Position numbers and translations under genes: made by a program
Shown here: piece by piece, positions 1-11,196 of the stretch
Numbering within the stretch: position 1 is the first letter of the stretch
Layout of the letters: each line of letters opens with the position of its first letter
From: Deltaproteobacteria bacterium
GTDB lineage: Bacteria > Myxococcota > Kuafuiibacteriia > Kuafuiibacteriales > Kuafuiibacteriaceae
Assembly: GCA_040218735.1 (NCBI GenBank)
Contig: JAVJQW010000064.1
Span: forward strand, 1-64,000
Length of the DNA stretch: 64,000 bases
Direction: 5' to 3'
The notes under the pieces: generated by a model
What the model saw: only the letters and a program-made list of their open reading frames with translations
Told to the model about the DNA's origin: nothing
The model's database searches: none

Positions 1-1
1 T

Positions 2-355
2 ATGAACAGAAAAAACAATGCAGCCTCTCCTGGTCGGTTCATCGTTCTGGAGGTGAGCGTGGAGCTCATCGAGGAGCTCGTCGACGTGGTGAGCAAGATT
101 CGGAAGAAGGATGCGAGCTTGGCGAAGCAGATTCGGGACGCCGCGAGCTCGGTGGTGTTGAATCTCGGTGAAGGGCGTCGACGCGAGGGCGGGTCGAGGA
201 CGTATCACTATACGGTGGCTGCGGGGAGCGCAGATGAGGTGCGGTGCGCGCTGCGGGTGGCGGTGGCCTGGGGCTACGTGAAGGCGGAGGACGCCGCGGT
301 GAGCATGGAGCTCATCGATCGGATCAACGCGATGCTGTATCGGCTGACGCATTAG
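2..355 (+). CDS. Four-helix-bundle protein (23S rRNA IVP/Avd-like family)
   Basis: 117 aa with family motifs LAKQIRDAASSVVLNLGEG and AAGSADEV...A..WGY. Confidence 0.85.
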   Translation: MNRKNNAASPGRFIVLEVSVELIEELVDVVSKIRKKDASLAKQIRDAASSVVLNLGEGRRREGGSRTYHYTVAAGSADEVRCALRVAVAWGYVKAEDAAVSMELIDRINAMLYRLTH

Positions 356-363
356 GTGGAGAT

Positions 364-395
364 GCCGGCGGCGCTCCGAGAGGGGCGCCGCCGGC
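364..395 (+). terminator. GC-rich hairpin with GAGA (GNRA) tetraloop downstream of the four-helix-bundle gene
   Basis: GCCGGCGGCGCTCC-GAGA-GGGGCGCCGCCGGC, a 14-bp stem with one G-U pair; no U-tract, so terminator function is uncertain. Confidence 0.45.
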
Positions 396-426
396 GGATT
401 CCGAGAGGGGTGACGCGGAAGCCGTG

Positions 427-571
427 TCCGGATTCGAGTCCGAGTCCGAGTCCGGATCCGAGTCCGATTCCGATTCCGATTCCGATTCCGATTCCGATTC
501 CGATTCGGATTCCGATTCCGATTCCGAATCCGATTCCGAACCCGATTCCGAACCCGAGTCCGTGTCCCGAT
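427..571. repeat. Hexamer tandem repeat (TCCGAT/TCCGAG/TCCGAA)n
   Basis: About 24 degenerate hexamers visible directly; source of the spurious SD/IP/GI-repeat ORFs. Confidence 0.95.
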
Positions 572-623
572 CCCCACCCCCCCATCCCCAAACGGCGGTT
601 GACCGTGACGGCGCCTTCGAACG

Positions 624-1595
624 ATGAGCGCCTCCATGCCGCGCCGCCCCCGCAGCCCCGCGCACACCGGGATGCTCCTCGTCGACAAACCCGGCGGGAT
701 GACTTCGCACGACGTCGTGAAGGTCGTGCGTCGGACGTTCGGGCAGCGCGAGGTCGGGCACACCGGGACGCTCGATCCCATGGCGACCGGGCTCATGGTG
801 CTGACGCTCGGCAAGGCCACGCGGCTCGGGCGCTTCCTTGAGGCCGAGGACAAGACTTACGACGGCACCGTCGTGCTCGGCCGCGCGACGACGACGTATG
901 ACGCCGAAGGCGAGACGACGGTGGAGGCGCCGGTCGAGGGTGTCACCGAGGCCGACGTGTGTCGGGTGCTGGACGCGCTCACCGGCACGATCGAGCAGCA
1001 GGTCCCGGCGTTCTCCGCGGTGAAGGTCGACGGGGTGCGGCTGCACGAGCGCGCGCGTCGTGGTGAGCACGTGGACGCGCCCACGCGCACCGTCACGATC
1101 TCGGAGCTGACGGCGACGCGGATTGCGCTGCCCGAGATCGACGTCGAGGCCTCGGTCTCGAAGGGCACTTACATCCGCACGCTCGCCGTACAGATCGGCG
1201 CGGCGCTGAACCTCCCCGCGCATCTGTCGCGGTTGGTTCGCACGCGGGTCGGGCTCCACCGCCTCGAGGACGCGCACCGCCTCGACGATCTGAAGGGGGA
1301 GGGCGCCGAGCTCATCGCCCCCACGGACGCGCTCCCGCACCTCGCGCCCGTGGTGCTGACGGCCGCGGACCTCGAGGACGTCCGCCACGGTCGCCCGCTC
1401 ACCGCGGGACAGCTCCGATCCCTCGGGGTGACCGTCGGGACGGCCGGACAGGCGCTGTTGCTGTTGCGGCCCGACGGCCAGCTCGCCGCGGTGGCCGAGA
1501 CGCGCCTCGATGCGGCCGCGCTCGCGGGGGCTCCGGCGAAAGAGCGAGCGATCGGCTATGCATGCGTGCTTGACAGCCCCGATCCGCAGCCCTAA
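624..1595 (+). CDS. truB: tRNA pseudouridine(55) synthase
   Basis: DKPGGMTSHDVV, VGHTGTLDPMATG, SKGTYIRTLA; lies upstream of rpsO-pnp. Confidence 0.96.
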   Translation: MSASMPRRPRSPAHTGMLLVDKPGGMTSHDVVKVVRRTFGQREVGHTGTLDPMATGLMVLTLGKATRLGRFLEAEDKTYDGTVVLGRATTTYDAEGETTVEAPVEGVTEADVCRVLDALTGTIEQQVPAFSAVKVDGVRLHERARRGEHVDAPTRTVTISELTATRIALPEIDVEASVSKGTYIRTLAVQIGAALNLPAHLSRLVRTRVGLHRLEDAHRLDDLKGEGAELIAPTDALPHLAPVVLTAADLEDVRHGRPLTAGQLRSLGVTVGTAGQALLLLRPDGQLAAVAETRLDAAALAGAPAKERAIGYACVLDSPDPQP

Positions 1596-1642
1596 CTTCC
1601 GCCGAATCTTTCAGAGAGAACGATAGTTTGTGAGGGAAAACG

Positions 1643-1912
1643 ATGCCTCTTCTTCAGGCGCGTAAAGCGGAAATCATCGAAAAATTTGGTCGTGGGAACG
1701 CCGATACCGGCTCTCCCGAGGTTCAGGTCGCCCTTCTGACGGCCCGGATCAACGAGCTTCAGGACCACTTCAAGGCCCACAAGAAGGACCACCACTCGCG
1801 GCGTGGCCTGCTCAAGATGGTGGGGCGCCGTCGCCGGCTGCTCGACTACCTGAAGGGCAAGAGCCAGGAGCGTTATCAGACGCTCATCGGCGAGCTCGGT
1901 CTGCGTAAGTAG
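1643..1912 (+). CDS. rpsO: 30S ribosomal protein S15
   Basis: [13 protein letters not shown]...[16 protein letters not shown], 89 aa. Confidence 0.99.
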   Translation: MPLLQARKAEIIEKFGRGNADTGSPEVQVALLTARINELQDHFKAHKKDHHSRRGLLKMVGRRRRLLDYLKGKSQERYQTLIGELGLRK

Positions 1913-2327
1913 CCGCAAACGCTCGGGGTTCGAGAGAACCGGATCGGAGTGGGTGACGCGGCTGAGATTGGGGCGACGTCGGGCTAGACCTTCGCGGCCG
2001 GATGTCCGATGATGCCTCCGCGGTCGAGATGACCCTCCGGAGTTGGTCGATCGAACAATGGGCTGAGCGGTTGTTTTCGAGCATTTTGCGTCTTCTGACG
2101 AGCCATCCGAACCGCTTTTTGCTTCTGCCGCTCAGCTCATTGCTCGATCCGCCAACCCCGCGCCTGACCCGCTGACCGCGATCAGGCCTCCCGCGATGCG
2201 GGCTCCGCTCGAACCCCCTGCACTGAACCATCGATCGCCCTAGCTCCGGCGAGCTTCGCCGCGCGTGTGCGCGCATTCGGAGGCAGGTCGATCCACGACA
2301 TAGGCAAGGGAAAGAGAGCTTAGAGAA

Positions 2328-4435
<2,108 letters not shown>

Positions 4436-4436
<1 letters not shown>

Positions 4437-4888
4437 TGACCGACCCCCGGGAGACGAGCCTCAAAGTGCGCGTCCTCCCGGGCCGCCCGCCGCTGCCGCT
4501 CCCCGCCTACGCGACGGAGGGCGCGGCGGGGCTCGACCTCTCCGCCTCCGAAGGCGCCATCCTCGAACCGGGGGCGCGCCACCTCGTCAGCACCGGCCTC
4601 GCCATCGAGCTCGAACCGGGCTTCGAGGCGCAGGTTCGCCCGCGCTCCGGTCTCGCGAACAAACACGGCGTGACCGTGTTGAACGCGCCCGGGACCATCG
4701 ACTGCGACTACCGCGGCGAGCTCAAGGTGCTCCTCGTGAACCACGGCGACGCCGCGTTCACGATCGAGCCCGGGGATCGGATCGCGCAGCTCGTGGTCGC
4801 GCCGGTGAGCCGCGCCGTCGTCGAGCTGGTCACCACCCTGGGCGACACCGAGCGCGGGGTGGGGGGTTTTGGACACACGGGGCGTTAG
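4436..4888 (+). CDS. dut: dUTP diphosphatase
   Basis: [41 protein letters not shown]. Confidence 0.98.
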
Positions 4889-5048
4889 CCCCGACGTGAC
4901 GCCCCGACCCGGCTTGTCAGTTCCAGCCGGATGTCCCACATTTTTCGGTCAGATGCGCGTGCGCAACTGGCCCGAACGCTACCCGACCGATGGTCACGCC
5001 GTGTCATGTAGGCCACAACGTCGTGGATTTTGGACAGGAGTCTAGGGA

Positions 5049-8000
5049 TTGCTCTGCTTTCGATGCGGTAGCCACGTTCAGGACGGGGCCGAAAAGTGCT
5101 GGAATTGCGGGACGGTGCTCTCGTCGGCGCAGGCGCGCCGAGCGCCGACCGCCGAACAACGGGCGCAGCAGCGCACCGGTAGTCGGGTCTTCGGCGTCGT
5201 CTTCAAGATCGGCGACCTGATCGCCAACCGGTACAAGGTCAAGGACATCGTCGGATCCGGCGGCGCTGGCGTCGTGTACCGGGCCCACGACACCGAGATC
5301 GACGTCGACGTGGCCGTAAAGGTCATCAACGCCAAGCTCGTCCAGACCTCGGACGAGCAGCGGCTCTTCTCGCGCCAGACGAAGATCGCGCGGAAGCTGT
5401 CGCACCAGAACGTCGTGCGCATCTACGACGAGGGCCGCGACGAGGCGCGCCCGTACGTCACGATGCAGTTCCTCGAGGGCCTCTCGCTCCGCAAGATCAT
5501 CGATCTGCGCGGGGAGAAGAAGCAGGTCTTCACGCTGGCGGAGGTCGAGCCGATCTTCAACCAGCTCTGCCAGGCGCTCGACTACGCCCACAAGACGACC
5601 TTCCACGGGAACCTCAAGCCCGACAACGTGATCGTGCTGCCGGACCTCTTGAAGGTCACGGACTTCGCGTTGCTCCGCGGCCTCCCGCGCAAGCCCTTCC
5701 TCGCGATCCAGAAGTCGCGCGCCTCCAACTTCCGCTACCTCGCGCCGGAAGTGCGCCTGGAGGTCGCGGACCTCGAGCGCTCCGTCGACGTCTACAGCCT
5801 CGGCGTCGTGCTCGGCGAGATGCTCACCGGTGTCGTGTACGACGACACCAAGCCGGAGAAGCTCGACGCCTCCGGCCTCGACCCCGCAATCCTCGCGGTG
5901 ATCAAGCGGTGCGTCGCGCGCGCGCCGAAGGATCGCTACGCGTCCACGCAGGACCTCTACGCGGATCTGCGCAGCGCGCTGTCGCGCGGCTCTGGCGCGA
6001 AGGCCGCCGCCGCCGCCGCAGCGGCGGGTGACGCGCCGACCCAGCGCCTCGAAATCGACAAACATGGGCAGCGCCCTGGCGGCACCGCCGAGGCCGGCAA
6101 ACGTCCGCCGCCCGAGGTCCCGCCCGCGCCGCCGAAGCCGGTGGAGATCCAGCCGAGCCTCGCGGTCGCTTCCGCGATCGAAGCGCCGGAGGGCGTGAAG
6201 CGCGAGGGGACGGATCTGCACGAGATCGACGACGACATGATCGAGTCGTCGATCGTCGCGCAGAAGAAGGCCGACACCGCGAACAAGGCGGCCCAGTCCG
6301 CCAACGGCGCGAGCAACGGCGTGCACAAGAACGGCGCAAACGGACACGCGGCGCCCGTCGCGCCGAGTGTCACCGGTGCGTCCGAGCCCGTCGCGGCTGC
6401 GCCGGAGCCCGACCTCGTCGACAACCCCAACGCGGTCGAGCTGGCGGAGGACGAGGAGGTGACGATCGCCGTCTTCGATCACCCGCCGATGCCGTCGCGC
6501 CCCATCGCGGCGGAGGGGATCAGCGTGCGGCCCGAGCCGGGCCTGGAGGAGATCAGCAACTCGGCGATCGAGCTGATCGCGGATCCGAGCGCGACGAACG
6601 TCTACGACGTGGACGCCGACGGGTCGCCGAAGCCCTCCGTGCAGGTGAAGGACGTCGCGGTGTCGACGAACAACCGCACGATGCAGCCGACGCCGCTGCC
6701 GGACTCGGCGATCCCGGAGCCGGCGTTCTCGCAGGTCGCGCACGAAGGGACGCAGGCGGGCCGCCTCGACGAACCCGCGCCGGCGACGCCCGGTGCGCCG
6801 GGGGTCGACGTTCAAGAGGAGCGCACCCAGGGCATCGCGTACTCGCCGAAGCCGCAGACGCGCGGCCCGACCGCGGCGTTCGACGGAACGAACGCGCCGA
6901 AGGCGAAGAAACGCCCGATGACGCGCCCGCGGATGCCGACGATGTCGGCGGCGCCCGTGCCGATGACGAGCACGGTCGGCGGGCCGGCGATCGTCGACCC
7001 GAGCACGATGCCGCGCCCGGCGACGCAGGAGGCGTTGTCGATCCCGAGCATGGTCGTGCCGCCTGCGGCCGCGCCCGCCGCGCCGCCGGAGGAGCCGAAG
7101 AACAACCGTTTCGTGATGATCACGGTGGCGTTGTCGCTGTTCGCGGTGCTGCTGGCCGTCGTGGTCCTGGTGATCGCGCTGAGTCAGAAGTCGGATCTCG
7201 AGGAGCAGATCAAGGCGATGCGCACCGAGGCCGCGCAGGCGCGTGAGACAGGGACCGTCGCGCTCGCCGACGCGAAGAAGGCCGAGGTCGAGGCGAGGGC
7301 CGCCGCGAAGGCGGAGGAAGAGGCCCAGGCTCGCGCCGCCGCGGCGGACGCTGCGCAGAAGGAAGCCGAAGAGGCCGCGAAGGCCAAGGAGGCGGAGGCC
7401 CGCCGGCTCGAAGAAGAGGCGAAGGCCGAGGCCGACGCGAAGCGCAAGGAAGAGGCGAAGCGCCGCGCCGCGGAGGCTTCGGCGGCGGCGGCCGAGCGTC
7501 GTCAGGCGGCCGCCGAGGCGGCGGCCGAGCGTCGCGAGGAGCGTAAGCGCGCCGCCGAGGAGCGCAAGAAGAAGGAAGCGCGCGAGCGCGAGCAGCGCGA
7601 CAAGGAGCGCCTCGCCAAGGAGCAGGAAGAGGCCGCGCGTCGCGCCGAGGATCGTGCGAAGCGGCTCGCCGCCGCGGAGGCCGAGGACGAGGCCCGCGCG
7701 CGTCGCGATCAGGCGAAGGTGGAGGAAGAGCGCCGCCGTCGCGAGGCCGAGGCCGCCGCGAAGGCTCGTGAGGAAGAACGCAAGCGCAAGGAAGCCGAGG
7801 CCGCCGCGAAGAAGGAGGCGATCTCGGAGCCCGAGCCCGCCGCGATGGTCGCGAAGGACAAGGAGCCGGAGTGTCCGCGGGGCATGGTGCTGATCAAGGG
7901 CGGGTCGTTCATGTTCGGCTCGAAGCGCTCCGACCCGGAGCGTAACTTCGGCGACAAGGACTACGTCTCCGTCGAGGTGCCGGCGTTCTGCGTCGACTAC

Positions 8001-8441
8001 TACGAGTACCCGAATGGCCGTGGCCGTTCGCCGTCGACGAAGGTCTCGTTCAAGACCGCGGCGGCGCGGTGCAAGCGGCGCAAGAAGCGCCTCTGCACCG
8101 AGGAGGAGTGGGAGAAGGCGTGTAAGGGGCCGAGCGGCTCGCGGTATCCGTACGCGAACCAGTGGGACCCGACGTCCTGCAACACCGAGGACGACGAGGG
8201 CTCGGACCGCGAGGTCGAAAAGTCCGGTTCGTTCAGGAAGTGCCGCTCCGGTTACAACGTCTACGACATGTCCGGGAACGTGGCGGAGTGGACGGCGACG
8301 CAGTGGGGGACCGGGTACGTCGTGAAGGGCGGCGCTTCGGATCGCCCCGGCTACGACGGTCGCTGCGCGGCGCGTAAGAAGAAGAAGTCGAGCAACAGCA
8401 GCGAGACGCTCGGTTTCCGCTGCTGCGCCGACCCTGGTTGA
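5049..8441 (+). CDS. Membrane Ser/Thr (pseudo)kinase: Zn ribbon, kinase-like domain, Pro-rich linker, TM helix, TolA-like coiled coil, FGE-sulfatase (SUMF1) domain
   Basis: CFRC..CWNC; GSGGAG, VAVK, HGNLKPDN, TDFA, LAPE; hydrophobic helix FVMITVALSLFAVLLAVVVLVIAL; RLCTEEEWEKAC, YDMSGNVAEW, GFRCC. TTG start. Confidence 0.88.
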   Translation: MLCFRCGSHVQDGAEKCWNCGTVLSSAQARRAPTAEQRAQQRTGSRVFGVVFKIGDLIANRYKVKDIVGSGGAGVVYRAHDTEIDVDVAVKVINAKLVQTSDEQRLFSRQTKIARKLSHQNVVRIYDEGRDEARPYVTMQFLEGLSLRKIIDLRGEKKQVFTLAEVEPIFNQLCQALDYAHKTTFHGNLKPDNVIVLPDLLKVTDFALLRGLPRKPFLAIQKSRASNFRYLAPEVRLEVADLERSVDVYSLGVVLGEMLTGVVYDDTKPEKLDASGLDPAILAVIKRCVARAPKDRYASTQDLYADLRSALSRGSGAKAAAAAAAAGDAPTQRLEIDKHGQRPGGTAEAGKRPPPEVPPAPPKPVEIQPSLAVASAIEAPEGVKREGTDLHEIDDDMIESSIVAQKKADTANKAAQSANGASNGVHKNGANGHAAPVAPSVTGASEPVAAAPEPDLVDNPNAVELAEDEEVTIAVFDHPPMPSRPIAAEGISVRPEPGLEEISNSAIELIADPSATNVYDVDADGSPKPSVQVKDVAVSTNNRTMQPTPLPDSAIPEPAFSQVAHEGTQAGRLDEPAPATPGAPGVDVQEERTQGIAYSPKPQTRGPTAAFDGTNAPKAKKRPMTRPRMPTMSAAPVPMTSTVGGPAIVDPSTMPRPATQEALSIPSMVVPPAAAPAAPPEEPKNNRFVMITVALSLFAVLLAVVVLVIALSQKSDLEEQIKAMRTEAAQARETGTVALADAKKAEVEARAAAKAEEEAQARAAAADAAQKEAEEAAKAKEAEARRLEEEAKAEADAKRKEEAKRRAAEASAAAAERRQAAAEAAAERREERKRAAEERKKKEAREREQRDKERLAKEQEEAARRAEDRAKRLAAAEAEDEARARRDQAKVEEERRRREAEAAAKAREEERKRKEAEAAAKKEAISEPEPAAMVAKDKEPECPRGMVLIKGGSFMFGSKRSDPERNFGDKDYVSVEVPAFCVDYYEYPNGRGRSPSTKVSFKTAAARCKRRKKRLCTEEEWEKACKGPSGSRYPYANQWDPTSCNTEDDEGSDREVEKSGSFRKCRSGYNVYDMSGNVAEWTATQWGTGYVVKGGASDRPGYDGRCAARKKKKSSNSSETLGFRCCADPG

Positions 8442-8453
8442 TGTCCCGCGCCC

Positions 8454-9434
8454 ATGGCGCGACGTGAAGTCATCGACGCTACGACGCTCGCGTGGGTGCG
8501 CGACTGCACCGGTGCGTCCGACGTGTACGCGCCGGCGTTCCTGCAGCGGTTGTGGGCGGGGTACGGTGCGATTCATCGCGTCCACCTCGACGGTGCGCCG
8601 TACGGCTCCGCGATCGTGAAGGTCGTGACACCGCCGTTGGACGCGTCCCACCCGCGCGGGTGGGGCACGGATCGGTCCGACGCTCGGAAGCGTCGCTCCT
8701 ACGAAGTGGAGTGCGCCTGGTACCGAACCTACGCGTCACGCTGCGCCGGATGTCGCGTCCCGAGGTGTTATGCGGCGGAGGCGTTCGAGGGTGGGTGGCG
8801 CATCCTCCTGGAAGATCTCGACGCGGCGGGCTTCGCGGGTCGGCGCGGGCGCTTCGTCGACGCGGACGTCGAGGTCTGCCTCGATTGGCTCGCAGCGTTC
8901 CACGCGACGTTCGTCGGCGTGGCTCCGGAGGGCCTATGGCCGGTCGGCACGTACTGGCACCTCGCGACGCGGCCCGACGAGCTGTTGGTCACGGAGGATC
9001 CGCGGCTCGCCGCCGCGGCGGAGGCGATCGACGCGCGCTTGTCGTCGGCGCGGTTCACGACCTTCGTGCACGGCGACGCAAAGCTCGCGAACTTCTGCTT
9101 CGGCGAAGCGGGCGTCGCGGCGGTCGACTTTCAGTACGTGGGCGGCGGGTGCGGGATGAAGGACGTCGCGTACTTCCTCGGCGGCGCGGCGCGCACGGAT
9201 TCGCTCGAGAAGAACGCCGACGCGTGGCTCGACAGGTACTTCGCGACGCTGCGCCGCCACCTCGATCCCGCGGTGGACGCCGACGCGTTGGAGGCCGAGT
9301 GGCGCACGCTGTACCCGTTCGCGTGGGCCGACTTCAACCGATTCCTCTCGGGCTGGGCGCCCGGGCACGAGAAGCTGGAGCCGTACGGCGCGAGGCTGAC
9401 GGAGCAGGTGTTGCAGGAGCTTCGGGTGCGGTGA
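8454..9434 (+). CDS. Aminoglycoside/choline/ecdysteroid kinase-like phosphotransferase
   Basis: [35 protein letters not shown]. Confidence 0.85.
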   Translation: MARREVIDATTLAWVRDCTGASDVYAPAFLQRLWAGYGAIHRVHLDGAPYGSAIVKVVTPPLDASHPRGWGTDRSDARKRRSYEVECAWYRTYASRCAGCRVPRCYAAEAFEGGWRILLEDLDAAGFAGRRGRFVDADVEVCLDWLAAFHATFVGVAPEGLWPVGTYWHLATRPDELLVTEDPRLAAAAEAIDARLSSARFTTFVHGDAKLANFCFGEAGVAAVDFQYVGGGCGMKDVAYFLGGAARTDSLEKNADAWLDRYFATLRRHLDPAVDADALEAEWRTLYPFAWADFNRFLSGWAPGHEKLEPYGARLTEQVLQELRVR

Positions 9435-9440
9435 GCCTCG

Positions 9441-11114
9441 TCAGTCCTCGCGCAGGGCATCGACGAGCTGTTGGCCGCGTTCGAGCTCTCGCCGGATCTC
9501 CTTGATGTAGTTGCGGCTCTGAATGGCCTTGTCGCGGCCGAAGAGCTCGTAGACCGCGCGTCGCTCGTCGAGGCGACCGAGGGCGGCTTCGAGGACGAGG
9601 CCTCTGAAGCCTTGGCTGAGATCGAGGTCGAGGGTGTCGCCGGCTTCGGCGCGTTGCATCGCTTCGTCGACGAAGGCTTCGGCCGCGCGACGGAGCGCGT
9701 CGATCGAGGTCTGTTGCGCGGGGGCCAGTTCGAGCGCGAGCGCGCGCTCCACGTGGTGCGCTGCGAGGAGGGCGTCGCGCCCGACTTCGCCGCGGTCCGC
9801 GACGAACATCGCGTAGGCGCGGCGCACGACGTTGTCGAGCTGGCGCAGGTTGCCGGGCCAGGTCTGTCGTTCGAGCACGGCGGCGGCTTCACCGGAGAGC
9901 TCGGCGTCGCCGTCGGGGGCCGTCTGGCGGTGGCGCCGGTCGAGCATGAACCCCGCCCAGCGCGCGATCTCGTCGCGGCGTGCGTCGAGGGAGAGCACGC
10001 GGACCGGCAGGACGTTGATGCGGTAGTACAGGTCCTCGCGGAACTTGCCGTCGCGGACCGCGTCCGCGAGGTCGACGTTCGTGCCGACCAGGAAGCGGAC
10101 GTTCGCCGTCCGCGCGCCAGTCGGGTCGCCGAGCATGCGGTACGTCTTGTTCTCGAGGAGCCCGAGCAAGGCGGCTTGCGCGGCGAGGGAGAGTTTGTCG
10201 ATCTCGTCGAGGAACAGCGTCCCGCCGTCGGCGCGTGCGATGTACCCCGGGTTGTCTTCCACCGCGCCCGTGAAGGCACCGCGCCGCCAACCGAACAGCT
10301 CACCCATCTGCGTCGCCTCCGGGACGGTGTGGATGTCGAGCGTGACGAACGGCCCCTCCGCGCGCTCGGAGCGCGCGTGGCACCACGCGGCGAGGCGCGA
10401 CTTACCGCTCCCCGTCGGGCCCTGAATCAGAATCGACTCCTCGAGGCGAGCGAAGACCCGCAGCAGATCGATGACCGGAGCCATCGCGGCGCCCACCACC
10501 GGGAGCAGCGGATCCACCGGCGCTTCGTTCTGCCGTTCGAACGGGAGCCCGCAGAGGTACGGCGAGGCGAAGCCGGCGAGCAGCTCGAGCTGCGCGGTGA
10601 CCGACTCGGGCAGCGGCCACTGGTCGACCGCCTGCGGTGCGCGTAGCTCCAGCGCGATCATCCCCGCGACGCGCCCGCCGGGTGCGCGTAGCGGCACGGC
10701 GAGCAGGTGCGTGGCGCCGCGACTCTGCAGGCGGATCAGGCTCGCGGCGCCGTCGAAGGTCTTGGTGGACTCGGTGGCCAGCGCCGCGCTCGCTCCGTCG
10801 GCCACCGATGCGCGGCCCAGCCGGACGTCGACGAGGACGGGCGCCCGTTCGTGGGCGACCCAACGCCACGCCGTGGCGGAGGGGACGAGGGTGTCGTCGG
10901 CGCTCGGCGCCGAGAGCCGAGAGGCGCCCCGCTCGAGCGCCGCGAGGCCGCGGTAGTCGCCGTCCGGCCGCAGGTGGATGCTCGCACGGGTCGCGGCCTC
11001 GGGCGTCGCGTCCAAGATGCAGGTCAGGACGACGAACGCGGCATCTTCGAACCGCTCCGCGCCGATCAGTCGCTCCAGCACTTCGAACAGATCGCTGTCG
11101 GGTGACCGCGCCAA
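9441..11114 (-). CDS. Sigma54-dependent enhancer-binding protein (GAF-like N-terminus, AAA+)
   Basis: GPTGSGKS, ELFGWRRGAFTGA, GGTLFLDEID, FREDLYYRI, WPGNLRQL. Start placed at TTG 11114 (ORF open to 11252). Confidence 0.9.
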   Translation of the reverse strand: MARSPDSDLFEVLERLIGAERFEDAAFVVLTCILDATPEAATRASIHLRPDGDYRGLAALERGASRLSAPSADDTLVPSATAWRWVAHERAPVLVDVRLGRASVADGASAALATESTKTFDGAASLIRLQSRGATHLLAVPLRAPGGRVAGMIALELRAPQAVDQWPLPESVTAQLELLAGFASPYLCGLPFERQNEAPVDPLLPVVGAAMAPVIDLLRVFARLEESILIQGPTGSGKSRLAAWCHARSERAEGPFVTLDIHTVPEATQMGELFGWRRGAFTGAVEDNPGYIARADGGTLFLDEIDKLSLAAQAALLGLLENKTYRMLGDPTGARTANVRFLVGTNVDLADAVRDGKFREDLYYRINVLPVRVLSLDARRDEIARWAGFMLDRRHRQTAPDGDAELSGEAAAVLERQTWPGNLRQLDNVVRRAYAMFVADRGEVGRDALLAAHHVERALALELAPAQQTSIDALRRAAEAFVDEAMQRAEAGDTLDLDLSQGFRGLVLEAALGRLDERRAVYELFGRDKAIQSRNYIKEIRRELERGQQLVDALRED

Positions 11115-11196
11115 GCCCGGCGAGTCTACACGGCTCCGAAGAACGCTCCCACGGGGGCCTCGATTCGGACGCTGACAACGCGGTACGACGGGCCGC

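Noticed and set aside
2-600. Possible diversity-generating retroelement (Avd-like protein plus hairpin)
   Set aside because: No reverse transcriptase or TR/VR pair with A-specific mismatches in the window
244-841. ORFs with SDSDSD, IPIPIP or GIGIGI tracts (244-627, 352-591, 356-841)
   Set aside because: Translations of the stop-free hexamer repeat; they overlap real genes and have no domain content
5004-8651. Long antisense ORFs (e.g. 5004-8651, 1884-4286, 10402-12990, 56876-59620, 45056-47095)
   Set aside because: Shadow frames expected from high GC3 codon bias opposite well-supported genes
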